A stretch of 64,000 nt of DNA, from assembly GCF_009914755.1 (NCBI RefSeq), contig NC_060930.1, one strand, 5' to 3'. Below, in pieces: positions 44,221 to 58,149 of this stretch (the stretch's first letter is position 1; the number at the start of each line of letters is the position of its first letter). Under the pieces are notes generated by a model. That model saw only the letters and a list, made by a program, of their open reading frames with translations, did no database searches and had not been told where the DNA came from. The translations under genes were made by a program, and so were the position numbers. Source of the stretch: the human T2T-CHM13v2.0 reference genome, Homo sapiens.

Positions 44221-45289
44221 TGTTTCTGCTTTTCTTATGGCAATCTCGCCTCTCTGGGGCTTGATTATTTTTGCTTGTTTGCTAGATGCATTTGAGGCCT
44301 AGGATGCTATTATCTTCTTCCCAGAATGATTGTTTTTGACACTAGCAGTTTAGAGTCACTTTGAACAAGTTCAATGGTTACTTGAGATTCTCTGGGCTGG
44401 GACACCATTTCTACTCCCTTTAAGCCTTTAAAGGCTGCCAAAAATGCAGCTTGGATTCTTAAACTCTCTTCAGCAAATGCTCCCAGAACAGAAGCGACCC
44501 CAGTTGCAGGCTCACCTCCATGTTCCTTTCCTTTCCCAAATTTTGGCCCAGCAATTCCTCACTAACCTTTGAATATTTAAGTAAGATACTTAAAAATATT
44601 TTACCCAGCATTTTTAGTTGTCTTCAAATGGAGGCTTGGTCTGAATTACTCAGTCCATTAATGGAAGCAGAAGCCCTTCTGATGCAGGCCTTAGTTTTTC
44701 AGTAGTTTGCTCTTCTCTGGGCCTTAGCTTTCAGAAAGATTCTCTTGTCTGTAGTAGTAAAGTCTGTATAAAGTCTGCATGGACTTTTCTTGCGTACACA
44801 CATTGCCACATCACCTCCAGTCAAGGCTGGAAGAGAATCTTGCATTTTACACATCTAATATTTCAGAAGAGCTGGAGTCACAGCAGTCCTCTTCACTGAG
44901 CTCAGAAACAAAACCCTGCTTGTGCATATATTCAGGCTGGGACCTCTAAAATGCAGACACCTAAGTGCTCCAGCTTTGAGAATTCTAGCTTCAGTGTGAC
45001 AACGGCATAAGGAGTTGCCCTACGGTGTAAAGGCCCCTGTGAGGTCTCAGTTTGCAGACCAGGATGTGACAAGGAGATTGGAGCTGCAGTCAGCTCTAGA
45101 GGCCGAAAGAGGAGCCAAACAGCAAACAGAGGTGCCAAATGCTGCCTTAGAAATCTGTAAGCCAGCTAAGAGTTCTGCAGTCTCAACTAAACAAAACTTT
45201 TTTATTCCATTGGTTTGGGGTGTACTGTTCTTAGGGCTTTTGCCAACTGAATTGGTCTGTGGTGTCTTGAAAGATTGGGGGTCTGCACG

Positions 45290-46380
45290 GAAAAGGCTCG
45301 GAGGCCAGTTCTCTGAGGCTGCCTTTGTTGCAGGAAATAAAATGAATCTTTCCAGAGCCACAGCACTAGCATTTGGAGACCACTCTCAGGGGCTTTGGGG
45401 CGTACGACTTTCGGGGCTCTGGTCCTCTGTTTCCCTATCCGTAGAATGGAGACGGCTACTCTGTGAGAAGCCCGAGGTGCGCAGGACCCAAGTGAGGAGC
45501 CGGCAACCTGAAGTCCTCAGGATGGGGAGGGATCCGAAGGAGGCGGTGTGAAGACTCAAGAGGACCGCCTTGGGGTGGGAAGAGGACAGCCCGGCACTGG
45601 CTGCTGGCCCAGGTGCTGTGATGGGTTTCGTGCGCAGAGAGGCCTGACAGCCTCTGCATCAGTGACCGGGCGAAGAGTGGGGCAGCTCGGACGGTGGTTG
45701 GGGAACGTTAGGGAGATTGGCGCGCGGACCACTGGGTGAGCGCCCAGGAACGCCGGACGCGCGCCTTCACGCCCGGGTGCCTGGCGGCGTTTTAGAAAAG
45801 CTGTATTTGAAAAGCAACCGATTGGGGTGAAGGCGGGGGAGCGGAATCCTGATTACACTGTCCCAATTTCAGTTGAGGTGGGCTTTTAAAAGAAATCCCA
45901 ATTCACACATTCGATCAGGTTAGTTACAAGAAAGGCTGGGAGGAGGTGGGGCTGGAAACACCAGAGGGCCCAGATGTCCGTTGGCGACGGTCTTCTGCAA
46001 ACGACAGAGCGCAAGCCTTGCCCCTGGAATTCTAGAGCCGCCGCAAAGATAGGAACTCAAAACGACCCGAGCCCCGGAGCCGCAGCCCCTCGGGACGGTC
46101 ACGAGCAGAGCTCCCAAGGGGACCGCTGGGGACTGGGCGGGGGCTCTGCTTCTCACCTGTTCCTTCTCTATCCACTGAGCCCTGACACGTAGGACCAGCG
46201 CTACTAACAGACTTGTTTTCCGGTTCAGCTCCCCTTAGGGCTCCTGTTGGAAACCGACCCTATCTGGGGAGCCTGTCTGGGCCACTCCCATTGCCGGAGA
46301 ACTCTCCTGGGGCGGGGAGATGGCCCAGGTTTGTGGGGCTTGAAAGCTTACACAGTGTTGTGTCTTTTCAAGAAAAAGGA
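45290..46380. promoter_or_regulatory. Intergenic CpG island with CCAAT boxes
   Basis: High CpG density; ATTGG at 45716 and 45821; CCAAT at 45863 and 45898. Confidence 0.75.
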
Positions 46381-46383
46381 TAC

Positions 46384-46717
<334 letters not shown>

Positions 46718-46849
46718 GATACAGAATTTGACAAAATTAAGAATAAAAGCAAATATGACTTACAATGAGGAAAAACAATGACAGCAAATGATAAATGTTT
46801 AAAAACTGACATATCACAAACATCAAAAAATCCCCCCAAAATTCTAATA

Positions 46850-47420
46850 ACTGCTTGAACCACCCCTATATTTTCCCATTTATATTTTTTGATTCCCTCT
46901 TCATTCGACAACACTTTTGTAATGTATTTTCCTGGGTGAGAATGAATAATTTGGTATTTCGTCTAGCATAGTTAAGCAAAAAAAGTTTTTATTGAAAGTT
47001 TAGAAAAGTTAATATCCATTTCACAATCGTTATTGGTAATAATATGCAAATTTTTAGTGCTATTAATTTTGGAGAAGCCTCTGTGAAGAGTTTCCTATGT
47101 AAGCCTGAGATTTCAGGGCATTTCAAGTTTTCTTGGGCAGTGACTAATCTTAAATACTCTTTTAAGTTGCTGAAAGTCATTGGCCTGTTTTTCGTTAAGT
47201 CCTTGTTGTAAAGGTGTAGTATGAAACTGTTTGTAGATGTCAATATTTTATGCCAAAACAACAAGTTTTTTAAGTTTTAATGTGTTTATGTGGTTAATTC
47301 TTCATCAAGTGATTGTCAAACAATCTAGGCATCTATTCTATTTAAAATGTATCCCTTCCCTTCAATAAATTGCTGGTTTTGGCTGGAACCAAACTTTTTT
47401 TCTTCTTCCAATTCCTTTTC
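46850..47420 (-). mobile_element. Decayed hAT (Tip100/Arthur-like) transposase C-terminus
   Basis: Minus-strand remnants ..PKLIALKICILLPIT.. and FSKLSI..TML..LS.EE.IK.Y resemble the hAT dimerisation domain. Confidence 0.55.
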
Positions 47421-48511
47421 TGATGTCAGAATAACTTCTATTAATTTCATGTGCAAATATGCAAGAGATCATTTTATTTCATGATGTATGTATAATTGTA
47501 TATGCATATTTAATAAGTATATTCCTAAAGAAGAGAGCTTCCATTTTGACTAGACTTTGATGAGACTGAGTAATACGCTTATAATTTTCTACATCTAGGG
47601 GTTAAAAGGATTTATTGGCTTCACTGTCCACAGACTTCTGGTGCCTCATGTCACAGCACACATTCTTATTGTGACAGATCTCTGACCTTTCACTTTAGTC
47701 TCTGATGTCAGGTGAGTTATCTCAGTGGGTGGTGGTTCCTGTAAGCCACTTCTACACTGAGACGGGTAGCAATAACTTGACTATACATGAAAGTGCTTAT
47801 GAACCACATATCCTAGTAATCTCAAACAATGTAATCCCAACTTAATTTCCCCTTAGCTAGAACCCCCACATGCTACCTGATACAAGAGAAACTGTGACAG
47901 AGGGAAGTTGACGTGGAAGGAGACAGTAATCCTAACCGTGGTTAAAATATGTTACTTTTGCAAATTTTACAAAACACTTAGCATGACCATATTGAACACA
48001 TTGCTTGGAATTCCAGGGTCTTGGAAAGAACCAGTGCAAGGGATGAACTTAATGGCAGAGCTTCCTCTGCACACTTCACGACTGCAACAGGCTTGTCCCT
48101 GAAGTCTCTCCGCTGGGGTCCCACTTCAGGCTGACGTACTGTCTGTGTCACCGAACATCACTCTCTGCATTTGCTTACCCTTTTTGATTCTTCCCTGTGC
48201 CTCAGTTTGGAGTTGGAAGCTCATAAATTCCCCTATTATAGGGAAGTGGCTGATTGTGTAACCCTATCCTTTTGTTGAAATAGGTGTGTCCAGTTAAGTA
48301 TTTACTGTAAACCAGCCCCTCATACGCATTCCACTGGGGGTGGATTCATTGCTTTCTACAACCTCGCCATATGTAATGTCCACACTGGTCCATCTGGCTG
48401 TGCTTCTCAAGATCAGCTGTTTTGTAGGACTTGAAATAAGGATTCCTTAACAACCTGGTGAATGCCTAATAGCCTCAATACATTTCAGGCTGTTTTAGTT
48501 TTGTTTATTTG

Positions 48512-48775
48512 GTTTTCGTGTTTTGTGGTGAGAACACTTAAAATCTACTCTCTCAGCAATTTTCAAGAACACAGTGTACCATTACTAACAAATCACCAGA
48601 AGGTACAACAGATCTCTTGAAGTATTCCTCCTTGAAGTAACTGAAACTTTGTATCCTTTGACCAACCCATCCCCATGCCCACCACGCCCAGACTTTGGTA
48701 ACCACCATTGTATTAATACTGTCTGCTTCTACCAGTTAACCTTTTTACACTCTAAGTGAGGTCATGCTGTATTGG
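48512..48775 (-). mobile_element. L1MA 3' fragment
   Basis: GTGGTGAGAACACTTAAAATCTACTCTC..AACTGAAACTTTGTATCCTTTGACCAAC. Confidence 0.75.
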
Positions 48776-49477
48776 AGGTTGTTTCCTCCACGCGACTGGG
48801 TGGAATTCAGAGGTTCCTACCAATAACTCATTTCTTTCACCAGCAGCTCCCAAGGGCTCTGCTGAGTCCCCCATGCCTCCTGAATCTGAGATCTTGAACC
48901 CCTGCTCCTCCCCAACCCTGTTTTTCTGAGAACTGCCTCATCAAACATAGAGCATAGCAACTTTCCTGAGATTTCTCTAAATTTCCTCTTATTCAGGTCA
49001 CTGTGCATGACAGATTGACTGCTTGATTCCTGGAAGTCTAGGGATAAAAAGTATTGAGTGCTGGTCTAAAGGACAGGTTTCAGCAGAGGACACAATCTCA
49101 GAGCAGACAACTTAAGTTTCAGTATTAGGCATTTCCGTTCTTAAACATTCCTTCACTATTTCTGCCCAAGACATTTCTCACTGGTAAACTTTCCTTGTTG
49201 GTTACCTGCCTTCTGCAGCCCTGCAGGCTCTGTCTCTCTCCTGGGCCACCCCTCTTCCTCTTACACAGTTTTATGCTCCCCTTCCCTTCTCTTTCCTTCC
49301 ATCTTCAGTCTACATATTTCACGGCTAGCTTTCCACAGCCAGATGTTTCTTGCCCTGAGGAATTATGCTATCAGTTTTTAAGCCACCGTTTAAAAGACGG
49401 TTGCCAGTGCCCTAGAGTCTTGGCAACAATGCTCCACCTTCCGGAGGTGAAGCGAAATGGTGTCCTGTCTTGAAAGA

Positions 49478-49495
49478 CAGCGCCACCTACTGTCC
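49478..49495 (-). promoter_or_regulatory. Candidate CTCF site
   Basis: GGACAGTAGGTGGCGCTG on the minus strand, in unique sequence. Confidence 0.6.
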
Positions 49496-51159
49496 ATCAA
49501 GAGACAGCTGCCGAAAACAGCTGAATGACCCTGTTCATTGCCTGTTCTGGGGAGGGTGGCAGATAATCCAGGCAAGAATAATTCGAAGGTACATTGAACT
49601 TGAGGTGGTGATGGAACACTTAAGAATGCACAGAAGTTTAAACTCAATAGGGATAGTAATACCAAGCTGGCATCGGGCCTCAGGGAGGTTACAGGATCTG
49701 CATAGTGCTAACAACTGTGCATCGGTAGAATGGGAATCTGAATCCGGACACTCCGCCTGTGAAGTCCACGTAGCTCCACCTCGCTGCACTAAGATAGAGT
49801 AGATCTCCTTTTATGGATGATCAAATAAGTGAGAGGGAACCCAGGAGCCAGTGGAGAGGAGAATTTTAAGGAGGGGACTGCTGATGATCTAAAGTTTGAG
49901 TCATCAGTTTGGATGTGAACTGAGAAAATACCGCTGGGATTTGAGTTTAGGACTTAGTTGGAGACCCTTAGAGAGTGGTTTAGGGTGCCCAGCCCTGGGA
50001 TAGGCATAGGAGAGTATGGAAAGACAGAAAGACATAGTCCTATCCCTCATGAAGCTAAATGTGAGCCAAAGCCAGGGAAGTTGGCAAAAATCAAATGGTA
50101 ATAAATGAGACGGTGATTTAGGAAAGAGAGATCCATGTAGAACCTGCAGGCCCCTCTGACACCTTTGTGAAAATTAGGATGGATCAGTTCACTTTCTTGG
50201 GGCCATTGCTGCCCTGAGCCAGAGCCCACAGCTTGGCAAGCAACCTCTGGGCTAGGTCTCAGCCCCCATTCATCAGAATGAAGACTGACTTGTTAGGAAA
50301 GTTTCATTCAGGAAACTGGGACTTGAGCTGGGCTTCCACTGATGTGAAGGGTTTGGAGCAGCTGTGTGAAAGAGGTAGGAGTTAGGTCTTCCCTGCTGGG
50401 AAATGTCAAAACAGAGGCAATTAAGAGTCATAAAGGAGAGAGAGAAGACAAAAATCACCTGACTCTTGGCTCCAGTATTTTTAAAGCATGAGAAATTAGA
50501 TAAGATCACTCCTTTAAAACAGTTACTGAGCACCTAATATATTCAAGGAGCTATGCCGAATAGGCTGACTCAGGGAAATAAGGACCCTGACAGTTGCGCA
50601 TTAGTTTGTAGTTTATGAAGCACATCCATTTCCAGCTATGACATTTTGTCCACTTTCTTGTAAAGGAGGCTGAAGTTGTGGCTGCCCCTGAACATGAAGC
50701 TACAAATCTCCACAATTAGGACCATAATCCAGATTCTTTGACTAGTCCAGAATTCCTTTCATTCTGACCATCCTCTTCTTAAACATTTTAAAATTTAGGT
50801 AATTGTTTAGATAGATGGCACATTTGCTGGCTCAAAATTTTAAAAACACAGGAAAAAGTCTCCCTCTTGCCCCTGGTTTCCACACATCTAGTTTCTCTCT
50901 CCAGAAGCAAATTTTACTAGTTCATTGATATATTCTTCCAGAGATGTTCTTTGCATAAAAAGCAAATAAGAATATTTATTCTTCCCCGATTTGTGCAAAT
51001 AATAGCATATTATACACACTGTTCTGTACCTTGCTTTTAAATTTAATTTATTTTTATTTTTTAAAATCAGTAATCTATGTGTCCAAAGCATAAACCAGGC
51101 ATGGGCATAGACCAGAAGCCAAGCTGGGATAAACAGGGGGTTGCTTTGTTCCTGTCTGA

Positions 51160-51464
<305 letters not shown>

Positions 51465-52939
51465 AAGCTTTTTTTTTTTTAATGTATCAATTTATGTTGG
51501 AGATTATTCCAATAGCAAAAGTTCCCTTCCACACCCCACCCCCTACTAATGGCTGCACAATGTTCTATTGTATGAATGTAGCTAGTTTATTTAGCTTAAC
51601 TTCCGTTGATGAACATTTGTTTTTTTTCTAAAATTTGAAGCAAATGTTTCTAAAACATTGATGCAATAGGTATATGCATATATTATTTCACATATGCATG
51701 AATATATATGTAAAATTTCTAACATCAGAATTGCTGGCTCAAAGAGAATGTACATTTGTAATCTTGGAGGAAATTCTCAAATTCCTACTCCTCTAAAGGA
51801 GGAGTACTAATTGGCATTCCCATCAGCAGTGTATGGGAGTGCCAATTTCCTCACACACTTACCAACACTGTGTTACCAAATGTTTGGATTTCTGTCAATC
51901 TGATAGGAAAAATAGTATGTCAGTGTTATTTTAATTTGTATTTTCTTCATGAGATTGAGATTATCTTTTAATATGCTTTAGAGACATTTGGTATTTCTTT
52001 TTCTATGAAATGTCTGCTGAGATACCTCTGCCCAATTTTCTTCTTGGTAGTTGATAAATTCTTATTTGCAAGAGCTGTATATAAAAGGTAATTAGCCCTT
52101 TGATTTTGATGGCAGTTGTAAATATTTTTCTTCTTCCAATGGTATTTCGTCATTTGTCTCTTGACATTGCACTTACGGTTTTTTTTCCCCCATGCAGGTC
52201 TTTTTTAATGTGGCTGAATTTATCTTTCTTTCCTTTTATGGTTTCTACATTTGAAACATTCTCAAGCTACTGCTAGTTAAATACAGTGGATTTCTGCCTT
52301 CAAGTTGCTCAATAAACCAGTAGGAAAATCAAGAAAAGTACCTAAGTAACTAGTAGAAGTTACTATATAGTCAGTACTATAAGTTGGTACAAAGTGCTGT
52401 TTCTTCATCTGTCTATCCATACATCTAATTATCAATCTATCTTTCCATCTGTCCATTAATCCATCCATTTATCAAGCTTTTACTGAATCCTTTCTAAGAG
52501 CAAGAAAAGGTATATATAGAGAGATGACATTTTATGGTAATGAAGCCCATGGGCTGGGATAAGAGACACCCAGATCTGAATCCCAGCTCTATGTTTACAC
52601 CACTGTGGCCTTGGGCAGGTTACTTAATCTGTCCACATTTTTGTTTCTTATACTATTTCATGAGATACGACAGGAATGTAGATTGTGGAGGGGTCAAGGA
52701 TTGAAGGTTAAAAAACAGACATTGTTGGAAATGCCTTAGGAAGAGAACTATAAGTGAGTACAATGCCTACATTTATAATTTCAGGTGGTGAAATCTGAAT
52801 CCTGACAAGGTCAAGAGAGTGGCCACTAGGGTGGGTGGCAAAAGCAAAGGTCATTGGATGTGAGCAGGACAAGAACTGAAAGGCCTTGGTGTTAAATGAT
52901 CATGTACATAGTCTTTGAAATCACCAGGATCATGGTAAT

Positions 52940-53890
<951 letters not shown>

Positions 53891-54189
53891 AACCCACAGC
53901 AAACAGTGGCAAAGTGGGATTGAGGGAGGAGGCTCTGAAATGAGGTTTTCAACAAGCGTCTTGGACCCTTAGAAGTTTCAAGTGACAGCCCTTATTAGTG
54001 GCACCCCTTAGGGGCTCCCTCAAACTCAATGCCAAGACTAGCCTGACTGGAGGGAACTTAGACAATGGAGTGGGCATTTGATGTTCCAGCATCTTGAGTG
54101 GGTGCCATTATTCTGTGACACCTGGATCCTGGGGTTCCATAAGCTGGGGTTCTAGGATGTCCATTCTTAGTTGAGTCTCATTTCCTGTC

Positions 54190-54400
54190 ATATCGACGTC
54201 AAAGGCCCAAGACCTTCCTCCTCCCCTTGAGCAAACAAGCCACGCCCTGCACCAAAGTCCATCTCACCTTCCAGCTACCCTAGGTAATTTTCCTGGTAAT
54301 TCAGTGTTTCTAGGAAAGCATGAGTCTTTCCACCCCCCGCCCTGAGATTTACTGACATATGAACACATATGATTGGCATGATATAAGAACCACTCATCTG
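54190..54400 (+). promoter_or_regulatory. TRIM40 proximal promoter
   Basis: FOXA-type AGCAAACA 54230-54237, HNF4-type CAAAGTCCA 54253-54261, ATTGG 54372-54376, TATAA 54382-54386. Confidence 0.65.
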
Positions 54401-54409
54401 CTGGCCATC

Positions 54410-54464
54410 TCTCCAGGTCTAGAGCCAGAGAAGATGATCTGAAATTGTAGCAGGAGAAATTGAG
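54410..54464 (+). other. TRIM40: TRIM40 non-coding exon 1 (TSS approximate)
   Basis: Starts ~28 nt after TATAA; donor GAG|GTAGG at 54464|5; next acceptor CTTCCTCTAG|G at 55007|8. Confidence 0.55.
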
Positions 54465-55311
54465 GTAGGATACTAAGAAAGCTTTTCAGGAGTGGGGCTA
54501 GGCAAGAGGTGCAGCATGAGGGAATAAGAGTGAATCCTCAGTATCTAAGGGAGGTGGCAGGTGGCGGGGGACTTCTTTCTTTGGGTCATCTTTGGTGGTG
54601 ATTTGACAGGAAGGAACAAAGTGGCTTCAAACATTATACAAGTCTCTAGTCTGTTCTGTGTCCTGTTTTCTTTCTCATTCTTTCAGTGTGGAATCTATAT
54701 GACCCTGGGAGGGATGTTGGTTGGAAGAATGACCAGCTGATGGAGATGCTGCTGTAATTATTGGTGGTAATAATGGGCAGCAGTGAGCCACCCGGTGTGA
54801 CAGTGTAGGAGAAAACAGTCCAAACTCCTGCCAAACTCTCTCTACTGATGGCAAATCAGAGGAGACTCAAATTGTAAGTTTATAGTGGTCTGGCTTTTGG
54901 CCATGACAATGACACCTTGCCCTTTTAATTTGGGGCCCGTGCAAATATTCACTGAAAGCTGTCAAGAGGAAAACAGAATTGGTTATTGAATCACTTGCTT
55001 CCTCTAGGTGTATGAAAAATAATTTCAAGTTTAACAAACACAAGGAAACCGCAGGGTCCATGTCAAAGCTGATGAGCTATTTCTGAAACTCGTGAAGAAT
55101 TGTGGTTTGTGTGGTCTATGTCACGGCACCCTTGAGGGAGAGTGGGCAATTGCCTGAACTTGGAGGCTGTGTCCTGTCCCCAGGCTGCTCCAGGGCTGCC
55201 TCCTTCCGACTGGGCCTTCTTATCTGGGACTGTTGAGGGCAACAGGCCTTCCGAAGACCAGTGAAGAAGGAGGCCCTGCAAACAGGAGGCTGACAGGGTA
55301 GGAACGAGGCC

Positions 55312-55656
55312 ATGATCCCTTTGCAGAAGGACAACCAGGAGGAGGGTGTCTGCCCCATCTGCCAGGAGAGCCTGAAGGAGGCCGTGAGCACCAACTGCGG
55401 ACATCTCTTCTGTCGAGTGTGCCTGACACAGCATGTGGAGAAGGCCTCAGCCTCTGGGGTCTTCTGCTGCCCCCTCTGCCGGAAGCCCTGTTCTGAGGAG
55501 GTGCTAGGGACAGGCTATATCTGCCCCAACCACCAGAAGAGGGTGTGCAGGTTCTGTGAGGAGAGCAGACTTCTTCTATGTGTGGAATGCCTGGTGTCCC
55601 CTGAACACATGTCTCATCATGAACTGACCATTGAAAATGCCCTCAGCCACTACAAG
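55312..55656 (+). CDS. TRIM40: TRIM40 first coding exon: RING + B-box (115 aa); remaining exons lie beyond the window
   Basis: MIPLQKDNQEEGVCPICQESLKEAVSTNCGHLFCRVC..CPLC..CPNH..CVEC..H..H..ALSHYK, then donor AAG|GTAAG. Confidence 0.96.
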
Positions 55657-56342
55657 GTAAGCCTGGGTCACCGCAGCCAGGCCCTGCCTCCACCTCGCTG
55701 AGGTGCTGCATCCTACATGTTCATCATGCCTGGCACCTCAGAGTAGCTCAACAATGGACATCTCTCTTTGTTTCTTCTGCTTCATCCTGTTTTGGACCCT
55801 TGTCTTGCTTTTCTGTGTATATTTTGAGGCTGATGTTTCCATGCATTAATGTGAGTCTGTCTAAAAGAGGATATTGTCAGTGTGATGTTAGAGTCCCAGT
55901 CTGCTCATCTGTAGAATAGAGTAATTGGACTAACTAATGCAAAACCCTTTCAGGACTAAAACTGTGTGAACTCCTGGTTGATAGTACTAGAAACTTGGCT
56001 AGAAATGTAATCAGGTTTTATATACACTAGTAATTATCCTGCAAATATATTAAAACCTGAAAGTTACTACATAATTTTTTCTCTCTTTTTCTTCCTTCTG
56101 CATTTGTCTTATCTTTCCTTTTCCTTTCTTTGCTATGGCAATTATTTTATCTTATTCTGTTAAATTTTCTATCACAAAAGTTACATGCTGTAGGTAATAA
56201 ATTCAGAAAGCACTGAAAGGTATAAAGTCAAGACTAAAAATTTGTCTTCCTTTCTCCCTCCATTCATAGTCCTCAGAGGTAACCATTGTTTGATTTTTGT
56301 ACATCCTTCCAAAAAATGTGTGTGCTTATGAATGCACTCTTA

Positions 56343-56365
56343 CACACACACACACACACACACAC
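56343..56365. repeat. (CA)n microsatellite
   Basis: About 11 units. Confidence 0.95.
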
Positions 56366-57605
56366 CCTCAAAGGATTCTCTCTATATTTTTTTCTGTAAC
56401 TCATTTTTGTTATCTAAAAGTGTGGCTTGAACATTTTCTCATCAGCATGTATAGATCTTCTGAATTATTTTCAAGAACTGTGTGGTATTAAATTCTATGA
56501 ATGTACCATAAATTGGCAGACATTGGGTCATTTCCAAGCTATTGTTTTGTTTTAAGATTACACAGAACGTTCTAATGAATATCCTTCAACATATATATTG
56601 GAGGACCTAGAATATCCAAGATATATTTTGGTGAGAGCATAAGGTAGAAATCTAACTTTAGTTTTTCCAAGTTATAATCAATTTGTCCTATCACCATTTG
56701 TTGAATGATTCATATAGTTTCCCCATTGATTTGAATGCCAATGTCATAATATACCATATATGCATATTTTCTTGCATACTGCCTTGATTCTTTGTGCTGT
56801 TCTATTCTGTCTATGCTTGCCTATAAGCCAAGGTATTTTAGAGATTTTATCCTTACCATATATTTTAATGTCAGGTATTTTGATAGAATCCTCACAATAC
56901 TCTTATTTTTCAGAATTCGTGCAGATATTTGTATATCTTTATTTTGCCAATTAGCTTTGGAATTATTTTTATCAACCTTTCCCCTGACCCTAATCCAGTT
57001 AGTATTTGACTGGACAATTGACAATATTTTCACATGGCATCCTTCTATCCAATAGTGAAGGCTGAACTTCCAAAGCTGAGGTAGCTTTGAGATACTTGAC
57101 TTTTGGAGAACATGTTATGATACAGAATGAGAAAGTGGGGAGTCCAGATTAAAAGTGACTACAGAAAGGTAGAGAAATAATTGAAAAAGCCAGAGGCAAA
57201 GTTCTATTTGGTTCTAACATCATTCCCTCCAGGTGCAATGTCCACAGGAGAGTGGGGAGGGATTCCTCACCTGCCGATGAAGCAGCATAAGATGGAGAAA
57301 TTTATTTCCTCACTAAATGATTTTTTCAGGTCTGTCCTTTGTGTTAGATGTCATGCTAGGCATTGTAGAAAGTACAAAGATGATTCATAATTCTTGTTTC
57401 AAATCTGTCTTTAAATAATGACAAGAAAGCTAAAACAAATAAATAACGATGACACTTGTTCATTAAGTAAAAACTTAGTAAGTTCCTGCTGTGTGTGAGA
57501 AACTGCAGCATGTGCTAGGAATCAATGAAGACAGATGCCATTCCTTCTGCCAGGAGTTTGCAGTGTAGTAAGGGAGACACAAATAAGTAATCAAAGAACT
57601 GTAAC

Positions 57606-57876
57606 TTTTTTTTCTTTTTTTTTTTTTTTTTTTTTTGAGATGGAGTCTCATTCTGTCACCCAAGCTGGAGAGCAGTGGCATGATCTCGGCTCACTGCAAC
57701 CTCCGTCTCCCAGGTTCAAGCAATTCTTTGCCTCAGCCTCCCGAGTAGCTGGGATTACAGGCACCCACCACCAGGCCTAGCTAATTTTTGTATTTTTAGT
57801 AGAAACAGGGTTTCACCATCTTGGCCAGGCTGGTCTTGAACTCCTGACCTCATGATCCATCTGCGCTGGCCTCCCA
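57606..57876 (-). mobile_element. 5'-truncated Alu
   Basis: TSD AAAGAACTGTAACTTTTT at both flanks. Confidence 0.93.
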
Positions 57877-58149
57877 AAAGAACTGTAACTTTTTATTAGT
57901 TAGGAAGAAAATAAACAAGGGTCTGGGATGAACAGTAATGGGTGGCCCATGTCCATTTGGTCAGTGAGGGCCTCATAGAGGAAGTGACCTTGAAGCTGAG
58001 GGCTGGCAGAAGAGAAATCAACCTGCAAAGACAGGGGGTAGGGAGTGCATACAGATGCCCACACCTGAGAAGTCTTGTTATATTTGAAGAATTTATCATT
58101 AGAGTTTGAATCGACAGGACTTACTGAGAGATTAGAAGTGGGTTCTTTG

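Noticed and set aside
45015-45551. 178-aa ORF and overlapping ORFs at the CpG island
   Set aside because: Non-ATG or motif-free, as expected in GC-rich DNA.
48817-49008. Minus ORF ending QQSPWELL, resembling the end of a TRIM coiled-coil exon
   Set aside because: No heptad character upstream, no 231-nt exon with an acceptor, and no neighbouring TRIM exons.
55657-55701. TRIM40 ORF tail VSLGHRSQALPPPR
   Set aside because: Intronic read-through beyond the consensus AAG|GTAAG donor.
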